A DNA stretch of 64,000 nucleotides from Eledone cirrhosa (GCA_964016885.1 OZ024754.1:26722001-26786000), one strand, 5' to 3'. Positions 20,449 to 33,954 are shown, numbered from the stretch's first letter. Notes: generated by a model from the sequence alone, not told the origin. Program-made: numbers and translations.

Positions 20449-20876
20449 TATAGAGAAGTGACACACGAGTTGATATATTAAAAAAATAGTAAAAAAGAAA
20501 AATAACAGTAGAAAATGTTAAAGGGATTTTCTCTCAGAATAGCATCAAAACATTTATTTACAAATTAGGAATTTCCGCGTTATTTGTACCGGTTTCAGCT
20601 TGTAAGCTTCTTCACACGACGGAAGTGTATAATGCAATTAAATTGCATATTAATAAGAACAATAAGAATATGGGGAAAACATTGTTTTTACATACATATT
20701 TAGGGAGGAAAGTTCACATTTTTGACTGAAGTTTTCTTTCTTTCTCTCTTAGTGCTGACCTTAGCTGTGTCACCATTAATGGTGACACAAAAGTTTGAGA
20801 ACTTCTGGTTTAGATGTTAGCGCCAGTCCTGAACCAATGTATTCTTTGATACCACCTTCTCTTTTTCCTGTTTCAG

Positions 20877-21135
20877 CGAACGCTTACCAACCAACATTCA
20901 ATCAATCTGAACAATCTGTGACGACCGGCGTATATATCCAGGTGGGAGAAATGATACATCAGGTGTACGCCATGGACAGTGATTTAGATATGACATGTAA
21001 TGGTGAACAGCCGTGTGATTGTGCTGAGATTAGGTACAGCATAGAGAGCGGAAACGCGAATTCTATGTTCGAGATAGATCCGAACACTGGCATCATTTCT
21101 GTCGTTATCAGTGACCTACAAGCAGACGATACAAG
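20877..21135 (+). CDS. Exon 5: cadherin-like repeat (N-terminal part)
   Basis: ttcctgtttcag|(A)NAYQPTF...VGEMIHQVYAMDSD...IRYSIESGNANSMFEIDPNTGIISV; NxxxPxF, AxDxD and FxIDxxTGxI cadherin motifs; donor AAG|gtacaa. Confidence 0.9.
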
Positions 21136-21195
21136 GTACAAAAAGAGTTTCAGTTCTTTTTACTTCGTTTCACATGCACGTACACACGCACTCAT

Positions 21196-21204
<9 letters not shown>

Positions 21205-21228
<24 letters not shown>

Positions 21229-21755
21229 CACATACACACACACACACACATGCACACACATACACACGCATATATACACACATACATACACACACATACA
21301 CACACAGGCATACACACAGACATACACACAGGCATACACACACACACATGCACACGCATATATACATACACATACACACACAGGCATACACACATACATA
21401 CACACACATACACACACAGGCATACACGCAGACTTACACACAGGCATACACACACACACATACATGCACACACATACACACGCATATATATACACACACA
21501 CATACACACACAGGCATACACACAGACATACACACAGGCATACACACACACACACACATGCACACACATACACACGCATATATATACACACACACATACA
21601 CACACGGGCATACACACAGACATACACACAGGCATACACACACACACACATGCACACACATACACACGCATATATACACACACACATACACACACAGGCA
21701 TACACACAGACATACACACAGGCATACACACACACACACACATACACACTCACAC
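21205..21755. repeat. Compound CA-rich higher-order repeat
   Basis: Recurrent cacacaggcatacacacagacatacacacaggcatac blocks. Confidence 0.85.
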
Positions 21756-22232
21756 ATATATATATATGTATAATGTGTGTGTGCGCGTGCGCGTGTGCGC
21801 GTGTGCGTGTGTGTGTGCGTGTGTGTGTGTGCGCGTCTGCGTGTATGCATCTGTATATGTCTGTGTGTGTATGTGTGCGCACACACATATATATAATACA
21901 TGTGTGTGTAAGTGTGTGTCTGAGAAAGGGAATAAAATTTGCCTTTGCCATGATGCGTATTTAGGCAATGGTGAACTTGAGGGCGGACACTATGATAGAA
22001 ACCAGTCTGCTGGATTTAGTAGAAGGAAATGTATGAACTCAAAGGATCACTTATCGTGCTGGGTTTAGTATATATATCTAAAGCGTATTTGTAATGTATG
22101 GATGAAACTAATAAACCTGTCCCCCCCCCCCCCCCCTATCAAGAGCGTGAAACAAATAAACCTGTGTTTGTACTGCCTCTCTGTTTTCGTTCCCGTTCCG
22201 ATTTTCACTATATAAATATATATATATATATA

Positions 22233-22421
22233 TAACGAAGGAAATGTGGCAAGGAACCAGGTGGACCATAACGCACCAAAGTACTCAATACTTAGGGTAG
22301 TAGAGTGGGTAATAGGAACAAGTAAGACCCCGACGGCTGAGCTCAAGCCGTTTCGACGGCTAATTCTGGACTGAATTAGCCGTCGAAACGGCTTGAGCTC
22401 AGCCGTCGGGGGTCTTACTTG

Positions 22422-22455
<34 letters not shown>

Positions 22456-22640
22456 AAAAGAGTCAGGACCCGACAGCTGAGCTCCGGCCGTTTTGACAGC
22501 TAGATCCGAACAGTTCGAATCTAGCTGTCGAAACGGCCGGAGCTCAGCTGTCGGCGTTTTGACTCTTTTCCTATATATATATAGTATCGAGTACTCTGGT
22601 GCGTTATGATCCACCTGGTATCTTACCACACCCTCTTTGT
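22233..22640. mobile_element. Fold-back mini-element family (copies 22233-22425, 22452-22640 inverted, 33280-33420, 33721-33916, 43807-43885, 63143-63200)
   Basis: Shared aacgaaggaaatgtggtaaggaaccagg... tail and gaccccgacggctgagctcaagccgtttcgacggct hairpin, always within (TA)n. Confidence 0.85.
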
Positions 22641-23182
22641 TATATATATATATACACATTGAGATACGTATATATAAGATACAAAGCTTATGCTTTTGTT
22701 TACAAATAGTGGAGTATTTGAAAATTAGATAGTGAAATAGAGCTTCCGCCGTATTTTTGACTAAGTAAATTAGCCTAATAGTTGGAGTTATGAAAACCCA
22801 AAGAATGGAAAAAGGATCAGTATTGACGTACATGGGACACGAACCCATATCTTTGGATACAGTGGCCACTGTGTTAACCAATTGCACCAATACGTCACCC
22901 ACCAATTTGCCATTCTGTGGGTTTTTATAACTCCAACTATTAGACTAATTTACTTAGTCAAAAATAAGGTGCAAGCTCTATTTCACTATCTAATATATAT
23001 ATTTCCAATACATATCTCTGTACAACTATGCCTGAAGCTAAATTGTAATTCTATTCTATTATAGGTTGAGCCAACTTATAGAGCTTCATATGCAAATGAG
23101 ATTAATCACCTCATTTACACAGACGAGAAAACCATATATTCTCGCCTGTTTTCAAAGTCCAGCAGTTGCAAGAGTGGGAGCG

Positions 23183-23228
23183 ATCGTGCTGATGAGTACC
23201 AGTTCAGTTCGAAATGCGCATCCACGAT
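23183..23228 (+). ncRNA. Type I hammerhead ribozyme
   Basis: atcgtg-CTGATGA-gtaccagttcagttc-GAAA-tgcgca-TC-cacgat; 6-bp stem I, palindromic stem III. Confidence 0.85.
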
Positions 23229-23303
23229 TGTCCCCCTTGCTTCTGCTGTACACCACAAGACGGCGTTAGTCGCTGATGTTTTGGCATAGCTACGGCTCTC
23301 TAA

Positions 23304-23336
<33 letters not shown>

Positions 23337-23874
23337 GAAAGTCAATGGAAACTAGTGAACAGCGCCATTTTACAATAATAGTATATATTAGCAGGACACT
23401 GAAAAGAAAAGAATAAAAAAAAGATCATAACGTTTCGGACGTTAGTCTTTCATCTGAAAGAAAAACACGTATAGATGAGACGATTTTTCGCGGCCGGCAT
23501 GGTTGAGAAATGAACTTTCCAATGAAACAACTATGTCTGTACTCTATTCCGATTATATCTTGAAATAGCGTAGCACATTTCGAAAAAGAATCCATATCAT
23601 AATAATTTAACCCTTTAGTACCGGTCATATCCGGCAAGAGTTCTTTTACCTCTTTCTGTTCAAACCGGCCGTAATCAGTTGTTCATACTGATGTTAAGGT
23701 ATTGTTCTCAAAATACATAATATCAAAACCTCATAGATTCGATATTATGTGAGGTAAAGACTTTATCACAAAAATACAATACTATATATAGATTAATGCA
23801 AATGCTAAAGCATTGATAATTTAATACTTTAAAGTTAATATTTCTAACGTTTCCTTAATTGTATCTATTTACAG

Positions 23875-24019
23875 GTATACTCTTGAAATAGCAGCTAAGA
23901 ATCACAACGTAGATTTTGGTGATGTTTCTAATGAGACATCTTCTCTGATGACAGTCCGCGTTCTAATACCAGGCACTCGTGAGCACAAACTTGAACAGAA
24001 CCTATCTCGTCATAAGAGG
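23875..24019 (+). CDS. Exon 6: end of cadherin repeat plus furin site RHKR
   Basis: tatttacag|(R)YTLEIAAKN...MTVRVLIPG...QNLSRHKR|gtaagc; phase 2 to 0. Confidence 0.9.
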
Positions 24020-24092
24020 GTAAGCAGACACTATACATGTACACACAAACATATATATATATTTATATATTTATATATAAATAAATAAATAA

Positions 24093-24143
<51 letters not shown>

Positions 24144-24214
24144 AAAGGTAAACAGAAATAACAACACAATCGGTACAGTATATTAGATTAACGCTTGATA
24201 TAGCAGGAAGAGGG

Positions 24215-24250
24215 TCTTGACGTTTCGGACACTAGTCCTTCATCAGAATA
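24215..24250 (-). ncRNA. Minimal type I hammerhead ribozyme
   Basis: tatt-CTGATGA-a ggac tagt gtcc-GAAA-cg-TC-aaga; decayed relatives at about 23425-23460 and 46450-46482. Confidence 0.72.
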
Positions 24251-24406
24251 AAGAATGAGAAATAAAATAGATTGAGGAGACGGGCGGGTTGGAATTAGAA
24301 AAAAATGTCTTTAGATAAAAATAACAGGTCCATTCATGTTGACATCTCTTGCAAAACTGTTGGTGCTGGCGTTTTGTGTATGATTTTGTGTGTATGTGTA
24401 TATATA

Positions 24407-24439
<33 letters not shown>

Positions 24440-24520
24440 CCCACTCTCAAGCGTTAAACTAATAATAATAACATTTATACTGCCTCTTCGCTTTTCTGTT
24501 GTTGTTTTCATCTCTGTTTA

Positions 24521-24573
<53 letters not shown>

Positions 24574-25107
24574 ATATTTGGGGAGGGTCATATTTGCGTA
24601 ATATTGCCAGAATTAATAACAGAACACACTCACTGTTTGGTTGGTTTTCGCTTCTCGCTGTCTTTTATATATATATATCTGCGATCTAACTTACTCGGTC
24701 CTCAATGTTGCCATTGACTGACCGGCGGTCAAAAATAATACAGATACAATATAGACAAACACATATATATATAGTTTACATAATTTACATAAATCTTTCG
24801 TTGCACATCTGCAACATCGTCAGTGGTGTTATATTCATTGTTCCTCCTGTTGTATTGTATGTCTACGCCATTTTTTTTTTTTTTTTGTTCAGTCTGTCTA
24901 TATATTTATTTATTTATTTGCTTGTTTGTTTATCTTATTTTATTTTGTCTTCTTTGCGCATGCGTTTGCGTGTGTGTATAGTGTTATGTGTGATGTGTGA
25001 CTAGTGTGTATAGTGTTGTGTCTGCTGGGTGACTAGTGTGTGTTTATGTGCTTGTGTATGTATTTATTTATCTTATTTTATTTATTTAATTTAATTTACT
25101 TATTTAT

Positions 25108-26277
25108 TTATACTTCTCTTAGGTCAGTGTTGTTTGTTTGGGTGTTGTTGTTGTTCCACTCATTCTTTCTGTTTAGCTTTGGTCTTCTAATTTCTATTTC
25201 ACTGGCCTCTCTGATTTGCCTATCTGCTGGGTCATTCCTATGTTTAGATATTATTCTAATTTCTATGTTGTCTATGTTACCGTCATGTTGTTGTCTAGCA
25301 TGTTCGTATAGTACTGACCCGTTTTTTCGTCCTTTTAGTTCCCCCCAGTGTTGGTCTATCCTTTCACCTATGCTACGAGCTGTCTCACCTATGTATGTTG
25401 TTGTCGTTTTTCTGCAAGTACCCTCTGTACATCTTATGCTATAGACTACGTTTCTAGTTTTACAGTTTATCCGGGGGTTCACCTTACATATGATACATTT
25501 CCTATTGGTACAGTGGGTTTTCTTAAAAGGGTAGGTTTTGCTGATCAGGGATTTTATGGTGGTTCCTGGCTTTTCTACCACCTTTATTTTTAAGTGGGTC
25601 TTTCTCAGGGCCTTTCTACACTGGTTAGCTAATTTCCCTCCAGGGGTGGCGTCCACAAACATGACACTCTGATATCTCTGGTTGTCGTACCATGATGTGG
25701 CCTTCCCTATCTTATGTCTAGCCCTATCTAAGCTATTCCATGATTTGCTCCTGTATAGTGGGCAAATTCCTTTCATGTCCAGTTCTATGAGGGTCTTATA
25801 CTTTTCCATGGCTCCTTCGTATACTCTGACTCTGTCTCTTTGGTTGTAGCCAGAGAACTGCATGCGGTTGATGAAGTGTTGGATGTGTCCTTCCATTTCT
25901 GTTGGGTCGCACATGCTGGACACATTCTTCATCACTCGTACCAAATCTGCGATCAGAATATTAAACTTAGCACTACTGGACATTGCTGAGTTTTTGAGTA
26001 TCAGGTATTTGGAGGCCATGGGTTTAGCATAGTGTGAGTGGAGAATTTGGGCTCTCTCGTCTATAGTGTTAATCCAGAGTTCTGTGTCTAATACAGGTAG
26101 TCTATTGTTAGGGTGTTTGGAAGGGAAGTCTATAGTTACAGTTATACTCTGGTGTATGGAATTAGCTATCTGCTGGATGCTTTCCATCGTGCTACGTTCT
26201 AAATCAAACATGTTAGTGCTCTCTAGTGGGGGTGTTCTTATAACTATATTGATATCGTCTACATAACGAGAGTACAT
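25108..26277 (-). CDS. Mirror copy of Penelope RT/GIY-YIG ORF
   Basis: Identical to 26373-27542 except TNM versus TNK. Confidence 0.93.
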   Translation of the reverse strand: MYSRYVDDINIVIRTPPLESTNMFDLERSTMESIQQIANSIHQSITVTIDFPSKHPNNRLPVLDTELWINTIDERAQILHSHYAKPMASKYLILKNSAMSSSAKFNILIADLVRVMKNVSSMCDPTEMEGHIQHFINRMQFSGYNQRDRVRVYEGAMEKYKTLIELDMKGICPLYRSKSWNSLDRARHKIGKATSWYDNQRYQSVMFVDATPGGKLANQCRKALRKTHLKIKVVEKPGTTIKSLISKTYPFKKTHCTNRKCIICKVNPRINCKTRNVVYSIRCTEGTCRKTTTTYIGETARSIGERIDQHWGELKGRKNGSVLYEHARQQHDGNIDNIEIRIISKHRNDPADRQIREASEIEIRRPKLNRKNEWNNNNTQTNNTDLREV

Positions 26278-26372
26278 GATGAGGTCTATGGAGCTTTCAT
26301 TAAGGAGATCTTTAAGTCTGGTGGGAAAGGAGACTTAAAGATCTCCTTAATGAAAGCTCCATAGACCTCATC

Positions 26373-27542
26373 ATGTACTCTCGTTATGTAGACGATATCA
26401 ATATAGTTATAAGAACACCCCCACTAGAGAGCACTAACAAGTTTGATTTAGAACGTAGCACGATGGAAAGCATCCAGCAGATAGCTAATTCCATACACCA
26501 GAGTATAACTGTAACTATAGACTTCCCTTCCAAACACCCTAACAATAGACTACCTGTATTAGACACAGAACTCTGGATTAACACTATAGACGAGAGAGCC
26601 CAAATTCTCCACTCACACTATGCTAAACCCATGGCCTCCAAATACCTGATACTCAAAAACTCAGCAATGTCCAGTAGTGCTAAGTTTAATATTCTGATCG
26701 CAGATTTGGTACGAGTGATGAAGAATGTGTCCAGCATGTGCGACCCAACAGAAATGGAAGGACACATCCAACACTTCATCAACCGCATGCAGTTCTCTGG
26801 CTACAACCAAAGAGACAGAGTCAGAGTATACGAAGGAGCCATGGAAAAGTATAAGACCCTCATAGAACTGGACATGAAAGGAATTTGCCCACTATACAGG
26901 AGCAAATCATGGAATAGCTTAGATAGGGCTAGACATAAGATAGGGAAGGCCACATCATGGTACGACAACCAGAGATATCAGAGTGTCATGTTTGTGGACG
27001 CCACCCCTGGAGGGAAATTAGCTAACCAGTGTAGAAAGGCCCTGAGAAAGACCCACTTAAAAATAAAGGTGGTAGAAAAGCCAGGAACCACCATAAAATC
27101 CCTGATCAGCAAAACCTACCCTTTTAAGAAAACCCACTGTACCAATAGGAAATGTATCATATGTAAGGTGAACCCCCGGATAAACTGTAAAACTAGAAAC
27201 GTAGTCTATAGCATAAGATGTACAGAGGGTACTTGCAGAAAAACGACAACAACATACATAGGTGAGACAGCTCGTAGCATAGGTGAAAGGATAGACCAAC
27301 ACTGGGGGGAACTAAAAGGACGAAAAAACGGGTCAGTACTATACGAACATGCTAGACAACAACATGACGGTAACATAGACAACATAGAAATTAGAATAAT
27401 ATCTAAACATAGGAATGACCCAGCAGATAGGCAAATCAGAGAGGCCAGTGAAATAGAAATTAGAAGACCAAAGCTAAACAGAAAGAATGAGTGGAACAAC
27501 AACAACACCCAAACAAACAACACTGACCTAAGAGAAGTATAA
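26373..27542 (+). CDS. 5'-truncated Penelope RT C-terminus plus GIY-YIG endonuclease
   Basis: YSRYVDD, LPVLD, Cys cluster CTNRKCIIC, NVVYSIRC...YIGETARSIGERI..H, REA.EI, PKLN. Confidence 0.93.
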   Translation: MYSRYVDDINIVIRTPPLESTNKFDLERSTMESIQQIANSIHQSITVTIDFPSKHPNNRLPVLDTELWINTIDERAQILHSHYAKPMASKYLILKNSAMSSSAKFNILIADLVRVMKNVSSMCDPTEMEGHIQHFINRMQFSGYNQRDRVRVYEGAMEKYKTLIELDMKGICPLYRSKSWNSLDRARHKIGKATSWYDNQRYQSVMFVDATPGGKLANQCRKALRKTHLKIKVVEKPGTTIKSLISKTYPFKKTHCTNRKCIICKVNPRINCKTRNVVYSIRCTEGTCRKTTTTYIGETARSIGERIDQHWGELKGRKNGSVLYEHARQQHDGNIDNIEIRIISKHRNDPADRQIREASEIEIRRPKLNRKNEWNNNNTQTNNTDLREV

Positions 27543-27822
27543 ATAAATAAGTAAATTAAATTAAATAAATAAAATAAGATAAATAAATACATACACAAGC
27601 ACATAAACACACACTAGTCACCCAGCAGACACAACACTATACACACTAGTCACACATCACACATAACACTATACACACACGCAAACGCATGCGCAAAGAA
27701 GACAAAATAAAATAAGATAAACAAACAAGCAAATAAATAAATAAATATATAGACAGACTGAACAAAAAAAAAAAAAAAATGGCGTAGACATACAACACAA
27801 CAGGAGGAACAATGAATATAAC

Positions 27823-27863
27823 ACCACTGACGATGTTGCAGATGTGCAACGAAAGATTTATGT
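27823..27863 (+). ncRNA. Hammerhead motif in Penelope pLTR (mirror 24787-24827 minus)
   Basis: acca-CTGACGA-t gttgca gatg tgcaac-GAAA-gatt-TA-tgt; stems I and III weak. Confidence 0.6.
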
Positions 27864-28138
27864 AAATTATGTAAACTATATATATATGTGTTTGTCTATA
27901 TTGTATCTGTATTATTTTTGACCGCCGGTCAGTCAATGGCAACATTGAGGACCGAGTAAGTTAGATCGCAGATATATATATATAAAAGACAGCGAGAAGC
28001 GAAAACCAACCAAACAGTGAGTGTGTTCTGTTATTAATTCTGGCAATATTACGCAAATATGACCCTCCCCAAATATAACAATATCTGTTTCGACACACGA
28101 TTTCATATAAAAAACCTCGCAAAACTAATTCATCGCCG

Positions 28139-28182
<44 letters not shown>

Positions 28183-28249
28183 TTTTTTAAAATTTATTTA
28201 TTTTTTTATTTTTATTTATCTGCTGTGCTATTTTCTCGTTTGTTTCTAG

Positions 28250-28528
28250 TTTGCCCCCGCAGAAAATATACCATCAAACTACACTTTTTCACTGGAAAAA
28301 GTCGGAGCAAACGCTCAAGGAACGCATATAGAGCACGGCATGGCACTTGAATTTGAACTGTACATACATTTCACGTTGGGTTCTACCGACATGCTAGTGG
28401 AAATCTTCACACCAGTGAACCAAACCGAAGTACTCACCCTGTGTAATCCAACCATTTCTCAAGTCGGATCGAATATCGAATTCGTGAAGACACCTGCTGT
28501 TACAGATAAGAGTACGGTCACGGGCGTG
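28250..28528 (+). CDS. Exon 7: repeat domain 1, first half
   Basis: tgtttctag|FAPAENIPSNYTFSLEK...LTLCNPTISQVGSNIEF...TGV|gtaaga; 93 codons, phase 0 to 0. Confidence 0.9.
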
Positions 28529-29089
28529 GTAAGAATTGGACATATATTTCTGTTTCGTTACACATGCACTCACTCATGCTCACACACACACAGACGCGCC
28601 CGCACACATCCACACATGAAAACACACACACACACACACATACATATACACACGCACATACACATACACATGCACATACACTCATACGAACATACAAACA
28701 TACACATATAAACACATACATACATAAACACACTCAATTGCACACACCTACATACACATATACACACACACATACACACATATATTTCTATGTGATTGCG
28801 TGTTTTATTCGGTAAATCATGACATCATCATCATCATTATTATCTCGGCAGTATCAGTAGAGGGTTGGACGCCATGCTTTCCAGCATAGTTACGTCCCTT
28901 TACGAACTGAGTTCAAATCCCGCCGAGGTTGACTTTGCCTTTCATCCTTACGGGGTCGATAAAATAAAGTACCAGTAATGTACTGGATAATTACTGGCCT
29001 TGTGCCTAAAGTAGAAACAATTATTATCTCCATCTTCATCATTAACCCCTTCTTCCTCTTTTTCTTCTTCTTTCTTCTCTTCTTCCTCC

Positions 29090-29830
29090 TCCTTCAGTTT
29101 AGGTTTGGCTGGAGTTCACTTATGTTTGTCGCTTATGTAATCTGTTGGAACATTGTGTATGTTCTGTGTATGGATATAACTTTTATGTCGAGATTCTCTA
29201 GTGTGCCTCCCATGTTCCATTCTGGCATGTTGGTGCCGTACTGATGAGTTTCTTTTTCCATTTGGAGTTCTCGCCAATGTTCATTTACTCTTTCTCCTAT
29301 GCTACGGGCCGTCTCGCCTATTTAAGTTGTTCCTATTCCTACACTGCCCTCAGTATATCTTATTCTATATATTATGTTCCTATTTTTGCAGTTAATTTAT
29401 TGGCTTAATCTATCAGTGTAGGTTTTTTTTCTCAGGGATTTTATAGGAATACATGGCTTTTCTACTATATTTATATTTAAATATAATTTGCCAAGAATCC
29501 CTCTAAATCTGTATGCTAGTTCGCATCTGGGAGTTGCATTGGCGAACATTATACTCTGGTATTTATTGCTATCATACCACGAGTTAACTTTATTAGTCTT
29601 CTTTAATTCGTTCTATCTTATTCCCAAAGTTGCTCCTATACATGGGGCAAGTCCCTTTCGCTTAATTCTCTATAATATTCACCCATTTGACCCTGGATCC
29701 TTTATATACCCCGATCCTGTCGGATTGTAGCCAGAGAAATACATACGGTGGATGAAGTATATGTCTCTCTAATTATTTAGGATTGCGCATGCGGTACGCA
29801 TTCTTTATCACTCTTACTAAGTCCGCAATC
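29090..29830 (-). mobile_element. Decayed Penelope fragment related to the 389-aa ORF
   Basis: Minus strand reads LIADLVRVIKN, compared with ILIADLVRVMKN of 26373 ORF. Confidence 0.7.
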
Positions 29831-29905
29831 AGTTATGTTGACTTTCACTTTTCGATGTGTGTGTGTGTTTCGAATGTATGCATAAAATGTTGTCCTTCGT
29901 TTCAG

Positions 29906-30133
29906 ATTAACCGAGCAGTTTTTGATTTAGGCACCGTCACGAATACTGGATTGGTAGCTAGTAATTTTGAGGACAGTATCATTAAAATTACGTTTCGTGT
30001 TATAATGACTGATCCTGCTACAGACCCTTTAATCAATGGTAAACAATTCTGGGTGAGTGCTGGTACTGAATACAACAACAAAAGTGACATTTGGATTGCC
30101 CAAGAATCATATATTGCGAAACCAACAAATACG
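29906..30133 (+). CDS. Exon 8: repeat domain 1, second half
   Basis: ccttcgtttcag|INRAVFDLGTVTNTG...FWVSAGTEY...KPTNT|gttagt; 76 codons. Confidence 0.9.
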
Positions 30134-30909
30134 GTTAGTATTTTGCTATTATCTATTATATTAGGTGGGTGGTTTGGCGGTATCGGTAGAGCGCCAGACA
30201 CCATGATTTGCAGCATAGAGTTATGGCTCTTTACGTTCTGAGCTCAAATCCCGCAGAGGTTAACTTTGCCTTTCATCCTTACGGGGTCGATAAAATAAAG
30301 TACCAGTAATGCACTGGAGTAATTGCTGACCTTGAGTCAAAAATAGAAACAATTATCTGTTATATTAAATCTGCTGTATATTTCATGTAAAACTTTATTA
30401 TGGGCTACGGTCAACCATGCAAAAGCAATACACATGAAAGACGTTTAGATCATATGATCCTGTGCTTGAAGCTTTTTTAAGTGAAGGAAGGCCTTGCGCT
30501 GGACCAATCCCTCTCTCTGAATAACGGTGACAGATAGCATGCAAGAAGAACAGGTCAACATCATTGTCTGCCATCGAGTCGCAGGTTCTTCATCAGCTTC
30601 ACTTTTCCCGCAATGACGTACTAATAAAGACAAGGGGTTTATCACTCTCAGTGGACGCACCGCACGGAAACCAAACCGATTATTTCCATTCCCCGCGCAT
30701 ACATACATATATAAACATACACACACACATACATTCATACAGTCATACATACATACATACTTACTTACATACATACTTACTTACATACATACACATACAT
30801 ACATACATACATAAAACATATAAAACATACACACACACATACATACATACATAAACATACACACACACATATACACACATTCATACATTCATTCATACAT
30901 ACTTACATA

Positions 30910-31305
30910 CATCCTCAAACATGAATTGAGAGCTGCCAGCGAGAAAATTCGATACCAGAAGAGTGTGGCTGAAAGAAAGATAATAGATAAAAGAGTCAGC
31001 CGTAATCAAACAACAGTCTATGGAGATATGAGGGGCAAAGTAATAAATGTCACTGAGGCCCCATCCCAGAAAGATATAGATTCCTACTGGAGAAAATATG
31101 GGGTGAGGAAAAAAAATTCAACCAAGATGTAATATGGTTAAAAGAGATCCGAAAGAACTATTCCCACTACACTACAACAAAAACATACAGAATAAATGTT
31201 GATACCCTTGAGACTGTGATAGGAAAACTCCAAGATAAGAAAACACCAGGCAGAGACTTGACTTTCGGCTACTGGTACGACAAACTGACATTCTACAGGA
31301 TGTAA
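30910..31305 (+). mobile_element. Decayed R4/Dong-like fragment next to (TACA)n
   Basis: RAASEKIRYQK...TEAPSQKDIDSYWR aligns with TATTERLKYK...DTPSKEQVESYWR of the 1169-aa ORF. Confidence 0.75.
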
Positions 31306-31979
31306 CTTATCAACCATCAGCAGCGTCCGGTTCGGTGTTGGCAGAATTGTAAAAAAACTTGTGCTCTATCGGTGCATCTCAACTAAGACGAAACGCCTAA
31401 AAGCAGAACCATATGCTCAGGCCACAAGGGGAAGCAGTTTTGAGGATGCTACAGTGCTTTTTAAAAGCGAATACTTCGCAAGTAAACGTTCTGCGGTCTC
31501 CTGTCGTAGCGACAACTACATTATCTTCCCTTCTTATTGAGAAAGAAGAACGGTATTGGTCTGGTTTTCAGGCATCTCAGTGGAGCTGAACGTTTGGTAG
31601 ATCGTGGCCTGCGTTGTTCTGGAAGTAAAAAGAATGCGACAGGAAAACTGATCTGGGATTAGTTTAGAGGTGCTTCTGCACATTAAGCCAGAAAATCTGA
31701 ATTAGATCGCATACCTCATTCACTTGCCGTATTGAGTTTAGCTGCATGTAGCAGTTGAGTGTAGAAACCAGGATTGGCAGAATCGTTCGAGCGTCGGAGA
31801 AACTGTTACGTTACGGCCCTTACGTTCTGAGTTCAAAACCCACGGAGGTTAGCTTTGTCTTTCATCCTTCTGAAGCCAATAAAATAAAGTACCAGTAACG
31901 AACTGGGGGTCGATTTAATCGACCTTCCCCTCTCCTAAACGGTTGGCCTTGTGCATATTTCAGAAACCATTATTATTGT

Positions 31980-32102
<123 letters not shown>

Positions 32103-32160
32103 CAGCAGCAGTAGTAGTAATTCGATAATTTCAATTTGATTTCTTGAAATATTCTTTCAG

Positions 32161-32458
32161 GCGTATGACAATGACACTACATTTAATCTAACTGGACCGT
32201 CCGAAGTAATGGTGGCGAGTTCTGCTGAATTCACTCTCAACATAAATCTGCCAATTTTATCCAATCTTATAAAAGTGGATGTTTTCTCACCTTTAAATGT
32301 AACGCATGTGATGTCAGTTTGCGACATACATCTTGTGAAGTTTGGTAGCAATTTTGATTGTATCAAACGGGAGGAAATAGTAGGGAAATTATTTGACTCC
32401 GAAGTTGATTCAGGATATTCAAGAGGACACATAAATTTCGGAATGATTACTAATACAA
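32161..32458 (+). CDS. Exon 9: repeat domain 2, first part
   Basis: attctttcag|AYDNDTTFNLTGPSEV...MSVCDIHLVKFGSNFDC...INFGMITNT|gtaagt; phase 0 to 1. Confidence 0.9.
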
Positions 32459-33173
32459 GTAAGTGTATAAGAATTATTATTATTTTTCTTTTTTTTTTTT
32501 ACTAAGGGCGGTGGATTGGCAGCATCGGTAGAGCGTCGGACAGCATGCTTTGCAGCATATAGTTACGGTTCTTTACGTTCTGAGTTCAAATCCCGCCGGG
32601 GTTAGCTTTGCCTTTCATCCTTACGAGGTCAATAAATAAAACACCAGTAATGCACTGGAGTCGATTTAATCGATTTTCCCTTCCCTCCAAATTGCTGGCC
32701 TTGTGCCTAAAGTAGAAACAATTCTTCTTCTTTTACTTGATGTCTTTCAACTGAAATAATTGCCCTAATGAATATCAATCTGCTAGCTGCAGCCTCAGAT
32801 ATTCAGGACGTATCGGAGGGTCCTTGCCTTTCCAAGTAGGCCTTTTGAAGTGTTCCAAAACAGGGGGGGGGGGGGACTGGTGGTCTTTAATCATCCTTGG
32901 AAACTCTTCGAGATAGTACCCAGTGCTCCTATGACGATGGTTGGATGACATTCATGAGTTTGGCTGGTCTGATTGGGGGATCCAGCCGTATCAGTTGGAG
33001 ACGGTTGTTTCTGACAGGACTCGGTGGAAGTCCCTGCCCTAAAACTCATTTAGGAATAAGTAGGCGAAGAAGAAGAGTCCCTCCACCACCAAAAAATGTA
33101 TACACTCTTCAGGAAAAGAAAAACTAGTATAAATATCTAAGTTGTTTAAATACCCCCCACCACCATCTTTCTA

Positions 33174-33282
<109 letters not shown>

Positions 33283-33686
33283 CGAAGGAAGTGTGGTAAG
33301 GAACCAGGTGGACCATAACGCACCAGAGTACTCAATACTTAGGGTAATAGAGTGGGTAATAAGAAAAGAGTCAGGATACCGACGGCTTAGCTCCGGCCGT
33401 TTCGGCGGCTAGATCTGAACAGTAGTGTTAGAACAGTAGTAATCTACCTGAAGGAGCACAGTCCATATATGGGCATGTAATCAAAACATAGCAGTAGTAT
33501 CATATCAGGCAATTCTAAAAATTGCTGTTTTTCTTTTCTGTTACGGAGAGTGGTCAAAGATTTGTATACATAATTAAATTCCTTCAGTAGTATCATATCA
33601 GATATAATACTACTGCTACGTTTTCATTACATGCCCATATATGGAGTGTACCCATGATAAGTTCAGCAAGATTACTACTGTCCTAA

Positions 33687-33724
<38 letters not shown>

Positions 33725-33913
33725 CGAAGGAAATGTGGTAAGGAACCAGGTGGACCATAACGCACCAAAGTACTCAATACTTAGGGTAGTAGAGTGGGTA
33801 AAAGGAACAAGTAAGACCCCGACGGCTGAGCTCAAGCCGTTTCGACGGCTAATTCTGGACTCGGAATTAGCCGTCAAAACGGCTTGAGCTCAGCCGTCGG
33901 GGTCTTACTTGTT

Positions 33914-33954
<41 letters not shown>

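Larger units (their letters stand above)
24566..28140. mobile_element. Penelope-like element forming a ~1.75-kb-arm palindrome
   Basis: Two divergent 389-aa ORFs; symmetry x <-> 52650-x; 11-nt spacer 26320-26330; right arm has an extra ~56-nt tail; flanked by (TA)n. Confidence 0.95.

Noticed and set aside
20753-20781. Possible extra mini-exon after tttctctcttag
   Set aside because: Weak donor; the EGF exon already joins the 20877 acceptor in phase, and read-through in the phase-1 frame hits TAG
20795-21964. 389-aa ORF as a stand-alone protocadherin
   Set aside because: Only 20877-21135 is coding; the rest is CA repeat, and there is a single cadherin repeat with no tandem EC domains
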